From Eledone cirrhosa (lineage: Eukaryota), in the NCBI GenBank assembly GCA_964016885.1, contig OZ024742.1, forward strand, positions 247,814,001 to 247,878,000: a stretch of DNA of 64,000 nucleotides, read 5' to 3'. Below the pieces are notes generated by a model. That model was not told the DNA's origin, searched no databases, and worked only from the letters and a program-made list of their open reading frames with translations. Shown piece after piece: positions 25,495 to 43,561 of this stretch. The first letter of the stretch is position 1. The number at the start of each line of letters is the position of its first letter. The position numbers were made by a program, and so were the translations under genes.

Positions 25495-26815
25495 ACATGC
25501 ACCTGTTGATTTTCACTTCAATTTATTATAAATTTCTGGTTGGTTGACTCAATAACCGGATGGTTGTTTATAAATTGTCAAATATCTTTCTTCACACATT
25601 GTGTGGCCTCCCCAGTAACTGATTTCTTATTTTGTGTCTCACATTTGTTTTGTCCTACTCCATCTTGTTTTAATGTGTTGTGTGCTGTCTGCTTGGTTTC
25701 CTCATGCGTTACATCCGTGTGTGTGTTTTTATTTATTTATGTGTTTATTTACTTGTCTCTAGTTGTTCTGTCTGTGTGTGTCTAGTTTGATTTATTAGTT
25801 TGGTTGTTGTGTGTCTCTGTATGTCTTCATTTTGTCCACATTCACTAGTTGTGATGTTATTGCTATTCCACTATATGTTTTCTGTTTAATTTTGGTTGGA
25901 GTTCGTTTATGTTTGTCACTTCTGTAATTTGTCGGAGTATTGCGTCTTTTCTGTGAGTGGAAATAATCTTTATCTCTATATTCTCTAATGTGCCCCTATG
26001 CTCCACTTTGAAAGATTGGTGGAGTACTGACGAGTTTTTGCCATCTTGGAGTTCTCGCCAGTGTTCAATTATCCTTTAACTTAAGCTACGGGCTGTCTCA
26101 TCTATGTATGTTGTGTCCTTATTCCTACATATCCCTCAGTATATCTTATGCTATATAATACGTTCCTAGTTTTGCAGTTAGTTTTTGTGCTTAATTCGCA
26201 GACTATGCATTTCCTCTCTGTGCAGGGTTTTTTAAACGGATATGTTCTACTAATTACGGCTTTTATGGGAATACCTGGTCTTTTAACTATCTTAATATTT
26301 AATTTTTGTTTGTCTAGAGCCCTTCTAAATCTGTAAGCTATTTCGCCTCCGAGGGTTGCATTGACGAACATTACACTCTGATATTTATTGTTATCATACC
26401 ACAAGTTGACTCTATTACTATTTTTCTTAATTCTTTCTATTTTATTCCTAAATTTGCTTCTATACGTGGGGCAAGTCCCATTCGAATCATTTTCTACAAT
26501 CTTTCCCCATTCGGTCCTGGCTCCTTTATATACCCTGATCCTGTCTCTCTGATTGTACCCAGAGAACTGCATATGGTGGATGAAATGTTTTAGGTGTCTC
26601 TCTAATTCTTTAGGATTGCACATGCAGGACACATTCTGCATCACTCTTACTAAAGCCGCAATCAATATGTTGACTTTCATGTTATCTGAAACGACTGAGA
26701 TGTGAGTAGATCAGGTACTTGGAGGTCATGGCTGAGCATAATGCAAATGGAGGATTTGTTTTCTATTATGAATAGTTTTTAACCAGAGTTCTGTGTCTAG
26801 TACAGGTAATCTATT
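25495..26815 (-). mobile_element. Penelope-like element 3' fragment (thumb, Cys linker, GIY-YIG), same family as 31703-35305
   Basis: NRLPVLDTELW (26726-27058 ORF). ORF 26102-26680 reads NILIAALVRVMQNVS..HMQFSGY..PCTERKCIVC..CKTRNVLYSI..YVG. Confidence 0.85.
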
Positions 26816-27127
26816 CATATTTGTGCGTGTGTGTGTGTTTGTGCGTGTGTGTTTGTGTGCATGTGAGTGAGCGTGTCTGTGTATGTGTTTGTGTGCATGT
26901 GAGTGAGCGGGTGTCTGTGTGTGTGTTTGTGTGCATGTGAGTGAGCGGGTGTCTGTGTGTGTGTTTGTATGTATGTGAGTGAGCGTGTGTGTGTGTCTGT
27001 GTGTATGTGAGTGAGCGTGTGTGATGAAGAATCTATATACAGCGAAATATGCAAACACAGCGACATCGGAGAGCTTCGACCAGCGTTGCTTGTATTATAT
27101 ATATTTGTATATATATATATACATGTG

Positions 27128-27194
<67 letters not shown>

Positions 27195-27719
27195 TCAACT
27201 GTCTTACAACATTTGTTCTTTGACGAATTCCTAATGAAGGAAACTACTAGTTCTGTAATAATCACTTTTATAGATACATATATATTAGGTATGTGATTGT
27301 ATGGTGGAGTTCATTAATAATGTGATAATGACTCCAGTATCGAACTGATAATGACACCAGTATCGATCTGATAATAACTCCAGTATCGAGTTGTGTGCAT
27401 TGAAATCAAAACATTTCCATCACCTGATAAGCAGATCGATATGCAGGCAGACCTCGAGCGTCTCATCTGTGAAACACATGGCTGCATTTCGATCTGCTTA
27501 TCAGCCGTGAATATATATATATATACACAGGTAATATTCCGTCCTACCGAATACCATTATAACAAATGTTTCAGTATAACGAAAATGTGTTCAATCCCCG
27601 GTCACACACTCGATGAATTTCGGTCGATCTCGATATAAACATTTTTTCGTTACAATGAATTTCTTTATACTCCTTGAATTTCGTTATACTCTCTCTATCT
27701 CTCTCTCTCTCTCTCTCTT

Positions 27720-27803
<84 letters not shown>

Positions 27804-28804
27804 GAGAGAGAGAGAGAGATGTGTGCGTGGAAGAGCAGTTAGTGGAACTTTTTCTGTACTGATGACGAACGACAGGTGCTTGAGGACTCAACACAAATCG
27901 AATTCACAACCTTACGATCGTAAGCCGAATACTCGAAACATTAAACCTCATATATATATATATATAAATATATATGTGTGTGTGTATATATATATATATA
28001 TAAGTTAAAACAGAAAACAACAACATAACGAAGTGTTAGTATTAGGTTCACGCTTGGGAGTGGAGGGTGACAGAAAGAGATACCATTAAAGTGAGAGGAC
28101 GAGAATGTTGTGGGGAAAGAAAGTTGAAAGAGAGAGAGAACAAAGAGAGAGAGAGCGAGAGAGAATAATGGGGGGGGGGGGGGTGATAGAACATTCCGTC
28201 GCGCTCCAGTGATTTCAGACCTTAGATCTTTCGTTTTTTGCACTATCACCGCCATATCGCCAGTATAGCTTCCTTCTCTTAGCTGCTGCTCTGGTGGCCA
28301 CGTGACTTGAGTCAATGGAGCGTTACTTCATTAGTTCAACCAAGCCTGGGGTCGGGGTGTCTGATGCTCAATGAAGTGAGACAACAGGACGAAAAAGTAT
28401 AACAAAACAAACGTATATATATACCCACATATATATAGAGAGAGGCAGAGAGAGGTAGAGATAGTGTGAGTGAGAGAAAGAGGGTGAGAGAGAGAGAAGA
28501 AAATATATATAGAGAGAGAGAGTTTGAGTGAGAGAGATAGAGAGAGAATGAAAATGGATGTCAAAGTGAAACAGTTGCTTTGTGATAGTAGCAGTGAAGC
28601 GTAGAAGTATAGTGGTGGTACTGGAGATGGTGATGGTACTGGGACTTTAAAGAAGGGAGAGGAAAGAGAAAAAGAACAGTATAGAAGAAGAAAAGATAAA
28701 CGCAGAGAGAAGGTGAAACAGAAGGAGACAGGGAGAGCGGAAGAGAGGGAGAGAGAGGGGGAGAGAGATAGAGATAGAGATAGATAGATAGAGATAGAGA
28801 GAGA

Positions 28805-28870
<66 letters not shown>

Positions 28871-29777
28871 TGTTGGTCGTATTACTGTTGGAATTTTAAT
28901 CTTGAAATTGCTGGAGAATTTTTCAATAGTTTAGTGATAATAGCGTCACCGTTGTCAATGTTGTTGATATTGTTACTGCTGTTGTATTTGTTCATATTGT
29001 TTTAGTTGTAAAAGCTGTGTTGTTATTACTGTTGTTACTGTGTTAGTTATATTCGTGTTTGTTGTCAATGTAGTGGTTGTTAATATTATAGTTGTTCTTG
29101 TTAATGTTATAGTTGTGGTTGATTTTTTTTTGTAAATGTTGTTGTATTTGTTGTGGCCTTGATTGTATGTTTGTTGTTGATAAGTTTATTGTTCTTGTTG
29201 TGGTTACTGTTGTTGTTGTTAATGTTGTATTTAATATAGTATTTGTTGTTGTTGAACATGTTATTACGCTGCGGGTTGTCACTGCTATGTTGTCGTTATT
29301 GTTTTTGTCATCATTAGTATTATTCTTGTTATTGTTGTAGTCGCTGTTGTTATTTTTATTGTTTTTTTAGTACTGGTGTAAATTATTATTATTTTTATTT
29401 CATCCTCTAATATTCTCTCTTTCTCTAGTCTCTTTCTCCACTCACAAACACCATCCAAACTCCCCCGTCCACCCACCCTTGCTCCACCCTTGTTCCACGC
29501 TCCATACACCACTCTACCCTCACGTCACACACCAATCTTTCATATCGTCGTTTCAATTTGTAACAAAACGCCAGCAATAAATATTTTGTAATTTTTCTTC
29601 TTAAGATAACACTTCGTTTTTATTGATTTATCAAATATTAATCAATAAGATCGATATTTCTCATTTCTTTATAGCTCCTTCATTCTCCTCCATCTCTCCA
29701 TCTCATTCAATCTATCACGCATACAGTTTATCTCCCTCTGTTTCAATCACATTCTTTACGTTTCGTTTCACAATCTT

Positions 29778-29821
<44 letters not shown>

Positions 29822-30043
29822 TCTCTCTCTCTCTCTGTATATTCCTATATCACTCTATCACTGTCTATCATCAACATTTTCTCTTTCACTTTCTTCACGT
29901 TTCATTAGACAATCTTCCAACGTAATTCTCTTAGATCTCAGAGCCTCTCTTTCTCTCTTTCTCTCTTTCTCTCTTTCTCTCTTTCTCTCTTTATCTCTTT
30001 CGCCCATTCACTCACTCACTCACCCACCCTCTCTCTCTCTCTC

Positions 30044-30078
<35 letters not shown>

Positions 30079-30952
30079 TACATCTTTCGTATCAATTTTC
30101 TCTCGTAACCTCTCCCTTTCTTTTCTCACTCTCTGTTTTTCTAAATTTCTCTCAAAATATTTCTCTTTTCTCTGTACCGATCTATCTATTTCTCTATCTT
30201 TCTCCCTCCTTTCTCCCCCTCTCTTCCTCGCACCATTGCTTTCACCGATATTTCCAAAAAAATATAACTTTGATTAAGGTGTTAAGATTGACAAAAAGGT
30301 CTTTTGGCGAATCGCTAAACGATTCCATCACATTTTAAAGTGACCTCTTCACATGAAGCACGAGGTCAAAAAATTACCCTGAAATAATGTGACAAATTCT
30401 TTACAGTACTAACCTTTCACACAGGAAATAGTTTTTGTCGTTAGTTTTTTAGTGAGTTTAGTGGGTCTCTTAGAGCGTTGTTGTTTTGCGTGGGAATTTT
30501 TCCTCATAATTTTCATTAAATAAAAAAAGTGTAAAAATTAAATGAAATAGAGACAGAGATTTACTGGAATGCTAGACTATTGATGGATGATAATTGTATT
30601 GAAAGGCGGTAACCGTTTTTTTTTTTTTTTTTTTTACCTCCGTTTTATTGGATGTTTCATCATCCATTCGGTAACAGATATTTTCATAATATATATATAT
30701 ATATTTAGAGAGAGAGAGAGAGAGAGAGAGAGGGGGAGGGGGGAGACAATCCAGACCGCAGCACCGTTCCCACTCAGCATCTCCCATTCATTGATGAATA
30801 CCCCCATGAATAGTGGTCTCATTGGTCTCCGCAGCGCAGACTCTCTTTCTCTCTCCCACTCACTCCCTCTCTCTCTCCCCTCTTTCCCTCTCTCTGTCCC
30901 TCTGTTTCTTTCTCTCTCTCTCTCTATCTCTCTCTCTCTCTCCCTATATATG

Positions 30953-30983
<31 letters not shown>

Positions 30984-31007
30984 GTGTGTGTATATATATA
31001 TAGATAG

Positions 31008-31058
<51 letters not shown>

Positions 31059-31117
31059 TATATATAGATATATCTATATATATAAACATATATATATATA
31101 TATACATATATATATAC

Positions 31118-31203
<86 letters not shown>

Positions 31204-31209
31204 GCACAC

Positions 31210-31242
<33 letters not shown>

Positions 31243-31263
31243 TATATATATACACATATATAT

Positions 31264-31308
<45 letters not shown>

Positions 31309-31312
<4 letters not shown>

Positions 31313-31530
31313 AAGCGTGTGGCTGAGTGGTTAGAGAATTGGATTCGCAATCGTAAGGTTGTGAGTTCGATTCCTGGACCAGGCGATGCGTTATGTCCTT
31401 GAGCAAGACACTTTATTTCACGTTGCTCCTTCTACCTGGAGTTGCGACCGATAGATAGTATTAGCAATTGGAAAGACCAACGGAAACATTGTTCCCTCGG
31501 TCCGATTTGACGAAAGCCAATCGTTCCTGT
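31309..31530 (+). mobile_element. tRNA-derived SINE family C (family B head with a different tail)
   Basis: TGGCTGAGTGGTTAGAG, GAGTTCGATTCC, TCCTTGAGCAAGACACTT. A second copy lies at 7975-8180 minus. Confidence 0.82.
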
Positions 31531-31555
31531 ATATATATATATATATACACATATA

Positions 31556-31593
<38 letters not shown>

Positions 31594-31633
31594 TATATAA
31601 ACATATATATACATATATATACATATATATATA

Positions 31634-31668
<35 letters not shown>

Positions 31669-31669
31669 G

Positions 31670-31702
<33 letters not shown>

Positions 31703-31706
<4 letters not shown>

Positions 31707-34700
31707 TGTTATACTTGGGAAGGGTCATATTTGTGTAATAATATTGCCAGAATTAATAACAGAACACACTCACTGTTTGGTTGGTTTTCTCTTCTGTGTC
31801 TTTTATATCGGTTAATTTAATTTATTCGGTCCTCAATGTTACTATTGTCTGACCAACGGTCAAAAATACAGATATAATATAGACACAAACACATATATAT
31901 AGTCTAACCAAGTTCTTTCGTTGCACATCTGCAACATCGTCAGTGGTGCTATAATGTTTCCTCCTGTTGTATTGTATGCTTACGGCATCTTTATTTAGTC
32001 TGTTTATTTTTTTTTTCTTCTCTGCGCATGCATTTGCGTGTGTGTATAGTGTTTGATGTGTGTTCGTGTTTGGGTGACTGTGTATTGGTTATTGTATTCT
32101 ATCTTAGTTTACTAGTGTGTGTTTATATGTGTTTGTTGTTATTGTGCTTGTGTATGCATTTATTTATTTAGTTATACTTCTCTTAGGTCAGTATTGTTTG
32201 TTTGGGTGTTATTCCATTCATTTTTTATGTTTAGCCTTGGACTTCTAAGTTCTATTCCGCTGGCCTCTCTGATTTCTCTATCTGCTGAGTCATTTCTATG
32301 TTTAGATATTATTCTAATTTCTATGTTGTCTATGTTACGGTCGTGTTGTTGTCTGGCATGTTCGTATAGTACTGACCGTTTTTTCGTCCTTTTAGTTCCC
32401 CCATGTGTTGGTCTATCCTTTGACCTATGCTACGAGCTGTCTCCCCTATGTATGTTGTTGTCATGTTATGCTATAGACTACGTTTCTAGCTTTACAGTTT
32501 ATCCGGGGGTTTACTTCACATATAATACATTTACTATTAGTACAGTGGATTTTCTTAAAAGGGTAGGTTTTGCTGATCAGGGATTTTATGGTGGTTCCTG
32601 GCTTTTATTCCACCTTAATCTTAAAGTGGGTCTTTCTCAGGGCCTTTCTGCACTGGTTAGCTAATTTCCCTCCAGGGGTAGCGTCCACAAACACGACACT
32701 CTAGTATCTCTGGTTGTCGTACCATGAGGTGGCTTTCCCTATCTTATGTCTAGTCCTATCTAAGCTATTCCATGATTTGCTCCTGTATAATGGGCAAATT
32801 TCTTTCATGTCCAGTTCTATGAGGGTCTTATACTTCTCCATGGTTCCTTCGTAGACTCTGATTCTGTCTCTTTGGTTGTAGCCAGAGAACTGCATGCGGT
32901 TGATGAAGTGTTGGATGTGTCTTTCCATTTATGTTGGGTCGCACTTCCGGGACACGTTCTTCATCACTCGCACCAAATCTGCGATCAGAATATTAAACTT
33001 AGCACTACTGGACATTGCTGAGTTTTTGAGTATCATGTATTTGGAGGCCATGAGTTTAGCGTAGTGTGAGTGGAGAATTTGGGCTCTCTAGTCTATAGTG
33101 TTAATCCAGAGTTCCGTGTCAAATACAGGTAGTCTATTGATAGGGTGTTTGGAAGGGTAGTCGATAGTTACAGTTATACTCTGGTGTATGGAATTAGCTA
33201 TCTGCTGGATGCTTTCCATTGTGCTACGTTCTAAATCAAACTTGTTAGTACTATCTTGTGGGGATCTCCTTATTACTATATTGATGTCGTCTACGTAACG
33301 AGAGTACATGATGAGGTCTATGGAGCTCTCATTAAGGAGATCTTTGAGTCTCCTTTCCCACCATACGATAAAAAGGTTGTCAACGTCACCTGCTATGCTG
33401 ACGCCAATGGCTGCTCCCTCATTTTGGGTGTAGATCTCGTTGAATTTGAATATGTGGCCCTTTAGGGTAGTTTTGATACTAGCCCCTATTGCATGTGCGA
33501 CCATTTTTCTTACCTGATCATTGTTTTTGGGGGTCCGTATAGCTTTGGTCCACCCTATCCACCCTCCCATGGGAGTCTTTTTTGCCATTGAGGTTATGGT
33601 GGGGTGGGGGTCTACCTTTTATGGGTCTACTGGGGCAGAAACGTCTAAGGTCATGGCTGTCTAGGTAGTCAGTGTCATAGGTAAGTCTAAGTAGGAAGCC
33701 CAGTTCGTCTGTGTCGACGTCGCAGAACTCTACCTCACTCACAATGATCATCTCCACACATTTTTCCACAGCAAAATCAATGTTAATGGATGGGTACAGT
33801 GATACCACACCCATACTGCCTATTATGCAGTAGGATAGGTTTTTGTTTTTGTTGCACTTACTGATTCTGCTGAGGAGGTCCTCTGTACTGTCAAATACAT
33901 CTGGGGACATCTTGATTATGGGGCGTATAACCATTGAGAGGAAGTAGGAGATCCTGTAGTTGCTAGCTATATTTGCTCCGCATACAGGTCTTGTTGGTGG
34001 TCCTGTTGTCGGGTCGTCGACTGTCTTATGGTCTTTGCGGAGCCCATACAAGGGTGATATACCATTGTTAGACGCCTGGAAGTTGTTGGCAGTGCGTCTG
34101 CTTGGTTTACGATGTCAGTCCACATCATCATGTGAGCGTTGAGGATTTTCTCTCTCTCATTATGTATTTGCTGTGCAATTTCGCTCGTGCTGGTGATGTG
34201 GGGTTGCATAGCCTTGATGTAGTTCGGCATGCTGTCTATTGACATCCTACCAGACTTATCCGTGGGTAGACATACTACGTCACCATCCCTTGTGCGCTGC
34301 TTGAGGCTAACCAAGCCTTCTACAGGTTTCCTCCCAAGTTGTTGGACCGATGGTCTGCTTTGTCTCTTAGTATACCGGTCTACTATTTGCCTAATCTTAT
34401 TTCTAGCTATGGTGAACTGTGCCTCTGTCTCGTCATCTATTTGTTGTGGTATACAAACCCTTTTATTAAAGGGTAACCTCGTAGGATAGATATTACCCAT
34501 CTTATATGTTTTGTCAGCTGGATTGAAGAATAGTTTCTCTAAGAGGTTGTCATTATATCTATCGTCATAGTTGTGTGTGTTGCTATTATTGTTATCATGG
34601 TGGTTGTTGTTGTTCCTATCATTAACATTATTATTATTGTTATGATTGCTAGATGTATTGTTGTTACTGTTATTTCTACCATTGTGGTTGTTACTTTTAT

Positions 34701-35305
34701 TATGTTTCTTGTTTTTTGTAGTTGTTGTTGTGTCTATCATTAATGTTGCTACATGTATTATTTCTATTATTACGACGGTGGTTGTTGTTGTTGTTACTCG
34801 TATTGTTACCATTATTACTACTGTGGTCGCTGCTGCTGTGTCTGTCGTTAATGCTTCTATTATTATTATCGTGGTTGTTGTTGTTGTTGTTGTTCTGTCT
34901 ATCGTTAATATTATTACCATTATTACTATTTCTCACTCTCCTGCTATTGTTATTGTTATGACTATTACTATTATAGCTGTTATTTCTATACTCAGAGTTA
35001 TTGTTTATATTACTACTATCGTTATTATTGCAGATGTGCAACGAAAGAACTTTGTTAGACTATATATATGTGTTTGTGTCTATATTGTATCTGTATTTTT
35101 GACCGTTGGTCAGTCATTGGTAACATTGAGGACCGAATAAATTAAATTAACCGATATAAAAGACACATAAGCGAAAACCAACCAAACAGTGAGTGTGTTC
35201 TGTTATTAATTCTGGCAATATTATTACACAAATATGACCCTCCCCAAGCATAACAATATTTGTTTCGACACACGATTTCATAAAAAAAACTTTGCAAAAC
35301 TAATT
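31703..35305 (-). mobile_element. Penelope-like element (RT + GIY-YIG), degenerate, bounded by ~230-bp inverted pLTR arms
   Basis: Minus ORF pieces: PTDKSG (33967-34920), YGLRKDHK..PTRPV..VVSLYPSI (33518-34051), YSRYVDDI..RLPVFD (33088-33588), RMQFSGY (32701-32928), and a decayed GIY-YIG region near 32250-32500. Arms 31703-31934 and 35028-35259 are inverted copies. Confidence 0.9.
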
Positions 35306-35309
35306 CATC

Positions 35310-35445
35310 GCCGTTATACGTCCCTTTACGATCTGAGTTCAAATCCCGCCGAGGTTGACTTGCCTTTCATCCTTACGGGGTCGATAAAATAAAGTACCAG
35401 TAATGCACTGGGTAATTGCTGGCCTTGTGCCTAAAGTAGAAACAG
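35310..35445 (+). mobile_element. SINE family A, 5'-truncated
   Basis: GAGTTCAAATCCCGCCGAGG..AGTAGAAACA. Confidence 0.8.
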
Positions 35446-35497
<52 letters not shown>

Positions 35498-36246
35498 GTT
35501 CTCATTTCCATTATACCCGAAACGGAAGTCGACTTGTTTCACAAAAGTTTAATGTTTTTCCACATATGGATGAATATATGTATATACACCTTCTACAAGG
35601 ATATATGTAGATATAACTGATCTCATGTAAAGCTCTAGTAAGACTCACCCTCGAATGGAACTCTACGCGTTTTGTCACGTTTGTTGTGTACAATGCCCCC
35701 TGCTCCCATACTAACCACTACGCACAGCCCTTTTTCCACAGAACTCTGCCCTCTGGAATTCTCCGTTCATATCTATCCAGTAGAAGTCGATTTGTAATAT
35801 TGTAATCGGAGCACACCGCAGTGACCTCTCCGGTCTCGAAGAATCTGTAAAGGCGATTCATAGTGCAACTTCCTCTAGAATTCACAAGTTAAAATGGAAA
35901 TTCATCGTAATAACGGTATTGTTTGATAGTGAACAGTTTATCCGAATATTTCATCGATAATGCGGAAATTGTTACTCTGTATTTTATAGAGTCGGATATA
36001 CATTTCGTATATATGACCTATAAGAGGGAGGCAATCGATACATCGGACAAGATCTCTTTCTAAAAACATTACATTTCTCATGCGTGACGCATGACGACAG
36101 ACCAGTTGTGTCTTGCAGAATTAAGCTCATAAGTCTCACAGATCTCATGGATAGACAGCACAGAAGAAGTTTTTTTTTTCTTTTACAATTTCAGAATAAG
36201 CTGTACAGTATATTACATATGAAATATGATTTGTTTTTGTTTAGTT

Positions 36247-36325
36247 TATTATGCTCCAGGCTATAGGGACGTTTTCAACTGAAGTATAGTGGAGTTGAAA
36301 ACGTACCTATAGCATGGAGCATAAT
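36247..36325. repeat. Short hairpin (~33-bp arms)
   Basis: TATTATGCTCCA.GCTATAGG.ACGTTTTCAACT / AGTTGAAAACGT.CCTATAGC.TGGAGCATAATA. Confidence 0.75.
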
Positions 36326-36769
36326 ATACATTGCATCTTACTACATCATTGGAGCAAAAAGATGCACACGGTGCTTAGTGGTGAAGTTTTACCTACAGCC
36401 TCAAGGAACTAATTTACAGAACTGAAGAAATGAAATGTTATACCACTGCAAATTACGGCAACATATATATTTTTAAACCATTCCAAATCAAACGGGCTAA
36501 AATGCTTTGGGTTCCACAACATTAGTTCCGCTTGAGCGTTGGATAAACGGGCGAAGCACAATAAATATTTATTAACTATCCTTGAATTACATCAAAGCCA
36601 CCAAAGGTCACTGAAGCTCACCACTTGATATATATCAGCTAATGCGAGCCAGGGGACTGTATGCTCCATCTTGTTTGTTAATTCGCTGCGAAGAAGATAC
36701 CTGAATAATCACACACGTACATGAAATTTGCTAGCAGCTAAAAGGCGAATGAATGAAATTGCAGAGATG

Positions 36770-36822
<53 letters not shown>

Positions 36823-36845
36823 GTTTGTATGTAAATATATATATA

Positions 36846-36909
<64 letters not shown>

Positions 36910-37379
36910 CATACATACATATATACATATATATACACATGTACATATAACTCATCACAGGTAAAACTTTGAAGCCACTGTCAACATTTTCCATGTAAAA
37001 ATTGTGTGTGCCTGTTTTTTTAACGTCATCCTCATGATTATCATTATCACAATCACCTTTACAAACATGACCAGAACCAACAAAAAGAACAAAATCGAAA
37101 CAAAAGATCCTCCACATCGCTAAAACGTTCCACCTTTACATTAGCGTTTCAATTCTTCTCAACACCCACTCATTTTCATAATCGATCTATCCCAATCTCT
37201 GGGGAACTGTTACATTTCCCAGCGTGAATTTTCAGAGAACAAATCGCTACATTCTACAACAACAGGAAGCGGCGCATGCTACAAATGGTGAATACATAAA
37301 TAAATAAATAAATACCACATTGACGGTAATGTCAGAAATAACAACAATAACAAAAATAATGATGACATATTATTAAAAA

Positions 37380-37735
37380 TTGGCAGTATCAGTAGAGGGT
37401 CGGACGCCATGCGTCCAGCATAGTTACGTCCCTTTACGATCTGAGTTCAAATCCCGCCGAGGTTGACTTTGCCTTTCATCCTTACGGAGTCGATAAAATA
37501 AAGTACCAGTAATGCACTGGGTTATTGCTGGCCTTGTGCCTAAAGTAGAAACAATTAATAAAAATACACTGGGCGGTGGATTGACAGTATCGGTAGAGGG
37601 TCGGACACCATGCTTTACGGTCTGAGTTTTAATCTCACAGAGGTTAACTTTGCCTTTCCTACTTTCGGGGTCAATAAATTAAAGTACCAGTAGTGCATTA
37701 GAATAATTGCTGGCCTTGTTCCAAAAGTAGAAACA
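37380..37735 (+). mobile_element. Two tandem SINE family A copies
   Basis: Copies at ~37380-37553 and ~37570-37735; flanking ATTATTAAAAAT. Confidence 0.85.
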
Positions 37736-37839
37736 ATTATTAAAAATACTCTCAAAGCAATAAAAGAAAGTACCAACAAAAACCAGGCTGCACATACTCA
37801 AGAGCTACGCTCGGTAAAGTAGAAACGATGCGCAATAAA

Positions 37840-39480
<1,641 letters not shown>

Positions 39481-39639
39481 AGATGGCCCCCGGGGGGGGG
39501 GGGGGGGAATCAAACGAGAATAAACACTGTAAATGAGATCAGAGAAGAAAAAATGCCAAGCAAAATATACAGAGAAAATAAAGAAATATTTGAAAATAAG
39601 TTTAACGTAAAAAGCCATAGAGCGGGAAAACTTGACAAA

Positions 39640-41950
<2,311 letters not shown>

Positions 41951-42589
41951 TAAAAAATTCGCTTCTATCTATTTAAAAAAAATACCACTACATTCTCAAT
42001 ATTCGTGAAAATGTTAAAAAAAGAAACTTCTCGTTTGACGTCGAATAATGCCCATTAGAGTCTTAAGTGTTCTGCTATTCTGTTGACTGGCAATGTTTGT
42101 AGGGCATTCTCTAACAAATTCTTCAAATTAAATACATTTATATCAGTGCGATGCTTCGATCGATATACCACGAAAATGGCTATAAGCCGTGATAGCGACG
42201 ATATTACAACAATGGCCGATATTATGAAATCACCACCCATCATACACATGTATATACATATATAGATATATGTGCGTGTGCGCGTGTGTGTGTATGTGTG
42301 TGTGTGTGTGTATCTGCGCGTTTGCGCGTATATGTGTGTGCACGTGTCTCGGCGCGCGTGCGCATGTGTGTTTTTATGAATATATGTATACATGTATACA
42401 TACACACACACACAGACTCACACACATACACACAGACACTCGGACACACACACACATCCATACAGACACTCGGACACACACACACATAAACACACACACA
42501 CACACACAAACACACACCCAATATATACAATTCATTTTGAAAAGGTGTGTTGAAACCGTTATTGTTACACTTTGGGATGGTCATGCTGC

Positions 42590-43230
42590 ATTATGCGAAA
42601 CCCATCACCTCCAAATACCTGATCCACCGAAACTCAGCTGCTTCGGATCACATACAAATCAACATACTGATTGTGGACTTAGTAAGAGTGATGTAGAACA
42701 TGCCCCACATGATCAGCCCCAAAGAATTAGAGAGAGACACATACAACACTTCATCCACCGCATGCAGCTCTCTGGCTACAATCAAAGAGACATGATCAGG
42801 GCATATACAGGAACTAGAACCAAATAGGCAAACATTGTAGAAAATGATGCAGGTGGCATTTGCCCTATGTACAGGAGCACATTTTGGAACAGTAGAGAAA
42901 GGATTAGGAATAAGGAAAATAAAATAAACGCATGGTATGATAGCAATAAAGGCCAGAGTGTAATGTTTGTCAATACAACCCTTAGAAGCGAACTAGCTTA
43001 CAGATTTAGAAGGGTCCTAGACAAGCTCAAATTAATATTAAGATAGATTAAAGACCAGGTATTTCCATAAAAACTCTAATTAGCAAAACCATAACCATTT
43101 CAAAGATCGCCCCTGTGCTGATAGGAAATGCATAGCCTGCAAGCTAAGCCCACAAACTGTCCCTCAGTACATCTTATGATATATACTATGTTCCTAGTTT
43201 TGTAGTTAGTTTGCGGGCTATCAGCACAGG
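42590..43230 (+). mobile_element. Penelope-like element internal fragment with terminal inversion
   Basis: RERHIQHFIHRMQLSGYNQRDMIRAYTG is homologous to 26102-26680 and 32701-32928. 43160-43230 is an inverted piece of the same sequence. Confidence 0.8.
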
Positions 43231-43244
43231 GGAATCTTCGAAAT

Positions 43245-43294
<50 letters not shown>

Positions 43295-43523
43295 GGATGG
43301 ATTCATTTTGAAAGTACTTGATAATTAGGTTAGTAATTTACTTAAATTTGATAGTTCTTGTATCAGCTGGCGAAGTATTTCCAATCAGGATTTAGACACT
43401 ATGGCCCACTCATGCATATGATTATATCATAAAGCGGCGGGAACCTACTGCTGAGCTTTTGTCGTTTCTACAGTTACTTCCAGAGTCTCGAACTAATATA
43501 TGTATGCATAGGAGATTCATATA

Positions 43524-43560
<37 letters not shown>

Positions 43561-43561
<1 letters not shown>

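Noticed and set aside
27324-27392. CRISPR-like short repeats
   Set aside because: Contiguous tandem units without spacers, eukaryotic context and no cas genes.
27528-27690. Possible pogo/Tigger-like MITE (repeated ATAACGAA)
   Set aside because: Termini and TSD could not be defined.
31309-31385. tRNA-like sequence with A and B boxes
   Set aside because: It continues into a SINE body repeated elsewhere in the window, so it is a SINE head, not a tRNA gene.
31703-35259. DNA transposon with TIRs
   Set aside because: The interior encodes a PLE reverse transcriptase and GIY-YIG, not a transposase, and the arms are inverted pLTRs.
35630-35810. Possible CR1/Jockey-like LINE 3' remnant (..FFHRT..LWNS..)
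   Set aside because: Too short and decayed to classify reliably by eye.
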